Shown: positions 59,300 to 64,000 of the stretch, in pieces
Layout of the letters: every line of letters begins with the position of its first letter
Position numbering within the stretch: position 1 is the stretch's first letter
DNA from: Amphiscolops sp. MND2022
Lineage: Eukaryota
DNA length: 64,000 nt
Reading direction: 5' to 3'
NCBI GenBank assembly: GCA_964187785.1
Contig: OZ076415.1
Location: 18,848,001 to 18,912,000, forward strand
Notes under the pieces: model-generated
Told to the model about the DNA's origin: nothing
What the model saw: only the letters and a program-made list of their open reading frames with translations
Databases searched by the model: none
Translations under genes and position numbers: made by a program

Positions 59300-61449
59300 C
59301 TGTTGGTTGAAAAGGGAGTCCATTTGTTTTCCAACTTCGGACTTATTCGTGCACAAGGCTTTCATGTCCATCCCCAAAAGCTCTAACGCAGAATTAGATG
59401 GCATTTTGGGCTGCATTTTAAAAAATTGGACTGCCAAGTCAAACGAGCAATCTGGACTGAATTTTCTCAGAGCCCTAAACGTATTTTTGAATGTGATTCT
59501 TGGGGGGAAAGTACCTTACCAACATTGACCGTACTTTTTTAGTGCAGAATTGATTGCGCTAAAAAGTCCGATGTCGGATTTGTACTATTGCTGTAGGCAA
59601 TGTTGTCAGCTAAATGTGCAGGACACAAAATTAGGTGTAGGCATAATATTTGAGCTGAATTCGCCTCACGTTTTTCCCGTTGTTTGATAGAAGCCCCCAG
59701 ACCAATGAAAACGAAATTTTGAAAATTGACTTTGAAAACGCTTTCAATTCGATAAACCGACAATTCATGCTAGAGAAAACTTTTGAAATACACCCTGAAG
59801 TTAATAAGTACTCACACACAGCGTACAATCAGCTATGTTTTCTTTTTTTACGGTGATCCAGTAATAAAATTCTGTGAAGGGACCAAGAAAGGAGATCCTG
59901 AGTCTCCAGCTTTTTTTCGGGTTCCATTCATGATCTGATTGACAGTTTGGGGTCGAAAATCAACTTATGATACCTTGACGAAGGGAATTCAAGTGATGAT
60001 TACAGAACCGTTTCGAAAGATTTCAAAAAATTTTTCGAGACGGAAAAAACGCTGGGACTCAAATTTAAACCATCAAACTTGCGAATTTTTTTTCCTTGGT
60101 GATATTACTGAAAAACGAAGATCGACAATTTTATCATCTTTCCAAAACTTTGCCCCGGGATCAATACACCAAACATATCATTCTTGGTTCACCGCTCAGC
60201 CCGATGTCACAAGCAAACTTATTGGAAAAGAAAATTAATGAACAGGAAAAAGTAAATGGAATTGTCGGAAAACTAGATGCGCATTATGGTATTTCAATTT
60301 TTAAAATTTGCTTCAGTCTGCCAAAGTTGTACTTTCTGAGAACCAGTACATGTTTTAATCATCCAGCTCTCTTGGAAAAATATGACAAAACCGTACGTGA
60401 CGAGCTTTCCTAAGTGTGTAACGTGAACTTTGACAATATTTCGAGTACTCAGCTGGCCCTGACCGCTGAGATGTGTGGTCTTGAGGTTTCATCTGCATGA
60501 ATATTAGCACTTCCGGCCTTTCTGGCCTCGGTTTTTGGTGAGAGTGACTTTCTCATGAAACTGTTTTAGAAACATTCGAAGATGTTTGGTTTACAAAATC
60601 GCTTGAGAATTGTTTGAGTTTGACGAATGAACAAGAAAGTCCTCTCGATGGAACTCAGAAAAATTGGACACAACCTGTCTACGTCAAAACCGCCGAAGAT
60701 TTGATTTCTAGAATGGATGACAAACGTTCGAAAGTTTTTAACCCTCATCAAGGCAAATTCAGGACCCAATGGCTGAACGTCGTTCGTTGCAAGAATCTAG
60801 ACATAAAACTTGATGATCAGAAGCTTCGGATTTCAATTGGTTTGCGTCTCGTAGCCAACGACTGTGTCGCGCATAAGTGCCACTGTGGTATAAAAGTTGA
60901 ACGGGACGGCTTACATGGTCTTTTTTGCACCAAGAGTGCTGGTCGCTTCTCACGTCATGCTACTCTCCATCGCGTGCGCAGATACGGATTGAATCTCTCA
61001 GGTCGAAACCAAGGGTACGTCCTCGGGTCGACCAGTGAAAATTCCGGAAATCGATAGACTGAATCGTGTCGAATTGCGAAAATTTTGGTATAATAGCCAC
61101 TGTCTCTGATCGAATTCTTGATTGTCAAATTACCCTGACCAAAAACATGCGGGGATGCGCAATGCTGTTTCGATTCGAGAAATGGGATAACAAATTTCGA
61201 CCCGACGTGTTCTATCAAAGTCGATCTCAGTTCGTTCGACCTGTGTAATTCGACCAAAGTAGTCGACCTCATTCCGTTCGACCTCGGAGTTTCGATCTCT
61301 ATATAGCAAGCCCTCTCAATTCTCATAAAGCAGACGTTGGGATCTCTCGACTTCATTGCTCGAACCGCGTGGACTGTACCGAACTAATGGCAAACGCCCA
61401 GACGGTGTTACTATGATTCCTTGCGATATGGGTAAACACCTGGTGTGGC
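59300..61449 (+). mobile_element. Decayed CRE/NeSL-type non-LTR retrotransposon (RT, CCHC, restriction-like endonuclease), interrupted and truncated
   Basis: LDGIL..LNVILGGKVP; IDFENAFNSINR; GDP; CHCG..DGLHGLFC..RHATL knuckle; [13 protein letters not shown] endonuclease motif at about 61392-61448. Confidence 0.8.
60968..61317. mobile_element. 350-bp insertion in the CRE-type element
   Basis: Splits RHATL|NS; CTCTC present at both junctions (60963-60967 and 61313-61317); GGTCGA motifs near the left end and TCGACC repeats near the right end. Confidence 0.55.
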
Positions 61450-61483
61450 AGTAGTAGTAGTAGTAGTAGTAGTAGTAATAATA
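61450..61483 (-). repeat. (ACT)9 microsatellite tail of the minus-strand LINE
   Basis: AGT x9 then AATAATA on the + strand, about 90 bp past the ORF2 stop, at the point where the CRE element is cut off. Confidence 0.85.
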
Positions 61484-64000
61484 GGCTTCAATTTACCCCT
61501 TGGTGAGTTTACACCAGGAGAGATACAGATTTACAGATGGAGAGATAAGTAAAAAGAAATCAAAGAAGCTCTCAGGATACACAAAAAGAACATTTACATT
61601 TTATATGCCAAGTACAGGTTCTGTTCAAGTCATACTTAGTTCGAGTTAAAAGTAGGAAGAACTGTCGAAGTTGGTCTTTAAAGTTATGCGAAGCAGTGAT
61701 CAAGTCGATTTCAGTAGAGTCATGAAGTTCATTGACCAGTTGAGTTACTCTTGGGAAAAACGACTGAAGAACTATTTTCCTTTTGAATTTCGGCGCGACG
61801 AGTTTGGGTTTCACATTACTTCGCAAGGATCTGTTGTCACATTGTACGGTAAAATGGTCATGGAAATTTATGCATGTGGCTCCAGGGGAGATGCCGGCAA
61901 ACAAGCACAAGTCTCGTTCTATTTTCTGATAAGCGATGGGCATTGTTGCTGATGCATGGAGAAGCCTGCTGTAGGAATAATTGCCAAAGCACCACTTCAG
62001 ACCTTTGTGGATCAAAGATTCCATTTTGCGGGTACGACTAATATTAGCCGACCAAGAAGAAGAATAGTAGAAAATGATGGAAACAACACACGATTGGAAG
62101 AGGTTGCGTTTTACTCTCGAAGGAACTTGATGGGGCACAGACAGTCGCAAAAAATTCAAACTTTTAGTCGCATTGACAAATTTTGTCAAAATATGAGCAT
62201 TCCAGCTTAGATTATTCGATATTGTGACACCTAGATCGACCGCCCTTGACTTTTCCTGCAAAAGTTGATATCCAAGAACTAAATGATAAGCTTTCGTTTT
62301 CTGAAAATGCAAGTAGCAGCATTTGTCTTAATGAAATGTCATTTGGTTGTCATAAGCCCAGAGAGAGATTGTGCTCAGATCTGACTTTTCAGGATCAACA
62401 CTTGAGCAGATTTATTATCATCAGCGAAGCAGTAGCAGTGGAAGAATTCTGGAAGAGCGAGCATGTCATCAATATAAAGTACAAAGAAGAGAGAACCCAC
62501 AACACTGCCCTGAGGAACTCCACTTGATACTTCACCAACAGTTGATAGTGTGTCGTCAATTCTAACTCTTTGTGTCCTACATGTCAGATATGAGTGACTG
62601 AGTCGGAGAAGGCTGTCATCGAAACCAAATTTTGAGAGTTTGTCAAGGAGGGTTGCAGAAGATACTGAGTCGAAAGCCTTTTGAATATCTAAGTAAACGA
62701 CTATTTGCTCCTCATTGATGTCAAAATTTTGATACAGCTCATCTAAGAATTCGATCAGCTGAGTACCAGTGGATTTACCACGTTGGAAACCATGCTGGCG
62801 ATAGTTTATTTTGTTTCGGAGTTCCCTGTAAATCAAGTCGAATAGCAATTTTTCGAATATCAACGAGAGCCTGGGTAGAATCGAGATTGGTCTGTAATTT
62901 TGAATATCACTACGGCTTCCTTTTTTGTGAACTGGTGTAACAAAGGCGCATTTCCAGATATCGGGCCAACTGAGTGTTGACGTTATGTAGGTAAAAAGTA
63001 GGTCAAACGGAGCAAGATGTTCAGACATGGTATTTAGAAGTACAGGAGGTATTCCATCGGCAGCTGGTTTGTTTGATCGGGGAACATTTTCAAGTTATTT
63101 TTGGATGATTTCCACTAAAAAGCATAAATCACTCAAGAAAATTGAGGGGTTATCAGCTTGGGGAAAGACAGTTTCCTCATTGGATTCGATATACACCGAG
63201 CAGAAGAAACGGTTGAACAGGTCAGCTTTGGCGAAAGCATTATTCGCAGAAAGAGATCCATATGTCATAGTGGATGGATAAGATGCGTTGTTGTTTAGTT
63301 TTCTGAGAAGGGTGAAGGCATCATGTGTGGTGTAGGTCGTTAAATTGCGCAGAAGTACAGTCTTATCCATTTCGATCAGAGTCGCAAGATCACTAGATAA
63401 CTTTTGAAGGACTGCTGTTGGAGCGGAGCGACGCTCGGCTGACCTTAATTTGTTGATCTGATGTACGGTTTGAGACGAGTAGAAAAAAGGTAGTTGGAGA
63501 CGTTTTTGACGTTTTCTAGGTAACGAAAGTTGCATCGCGTGGTCCAAAAGTTGAAACCATCGAAACAAGAAAGAAGGATTCTGAGAGTGACAGGATTCAG
63601 CCAGCGCTCGGTTCATGACAAACACTTCCTTGAATAAACTGTAATTGAATTGTGCGAAAAAAAAATTGTGTCTCGTGATTTTCAAGAGTCATTACTACAT
63701 CTGTAATTAAAATGACTGGAGAGTGATCCGACATGTCTCTTTCGAGGACAGTGTAGCTCCATTTGAGTTCATGGGAAAAGAAAGCTAAGTCCAGAATATT
63801 ACCCGATTTATGAGTCGGTGAGTCAATGATTTGAACAAGTGAGGTCTCGACACAAAGAAAGTCTATAAGTGATTGTTCCTCAGAGAGGGTCGAGGACCCA
63901 GTGTCCCAGCAAGCTTTTCGAAAGTTGAAGTCACCGAGAACAAGTACTTCCACAGAATGACACGCTGACGGAATTATTCTCTCGATTTCGGTTAGTATAC
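61450..64000 (-). mobile_element. L2/CR1-group LINE, ORF2 with several frameshifts, running off the window end
   Basis: VLGDFN, PTHKSGNILDL and SDH (APE); VTPVHKKG..NYRPISIL, QHGF, YLDIQKAFD, GVPQGS and FADD (RT); DLGVTI..LSW..H and C-terminal CKCSFC. Confidence 0.93.

Noticed and set aside
1-64000. Prokaryotic or organellar origin; species assignment
   Set aside because: Spliceosomal introns, a caspase, C2H2 fingers and retroelements indicate an animal nuclear genome. The species cannot be determined from this sequence alone.

Overview
AT-rich eukaryotic (animal, probably invertebrate) genomic DNA with two convergent intron-containing host genes and many transposable elements. (1) A + strand gene for a 619-aa protein with two C2H2 zinc fingers (exons 3830-4064, 4263-5036, 18064-18914; phases match) and a 13-kb second intron. 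(2) A - strand caspase gene (five exons between 33548 and 26198) with intact AHG and QACRG motifs but one splice junction that needs a non-AG acceptor. The dominant feature is an apparently intact, very young 14.75-kb Ty3/Gypsy LTR retrotransposon (40280-55033) with 722-bp LTRs that appear identical and one uninterrupted 2973-aa Gag-Pol ORF. Its polyprotein is unusual. After the integrase it has about 770 extra residues carrying an AT-hook, a Cys cluster and two tandem, diverged TARG1/OARD1-like macrodomains. It also has a second, degenerate retropepsin-like domain before the active protease. The ends are atypical too: the tRNA-Lys-type PBS sits 16 nt from the LTR, and the target duplication appears to be only 3 bp. 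This element is the best candidate for an undescribed system. The rest of the window holds two decayed Gypsy copies, L2/CR1-type and CRE-type LINE remnants, nested MITEs, and a DINE-1/Helentron-like non-autonomous family with tRNA-like segments. All domain calls come from motif recognition by eye and remembered family consensus; no searches were run.
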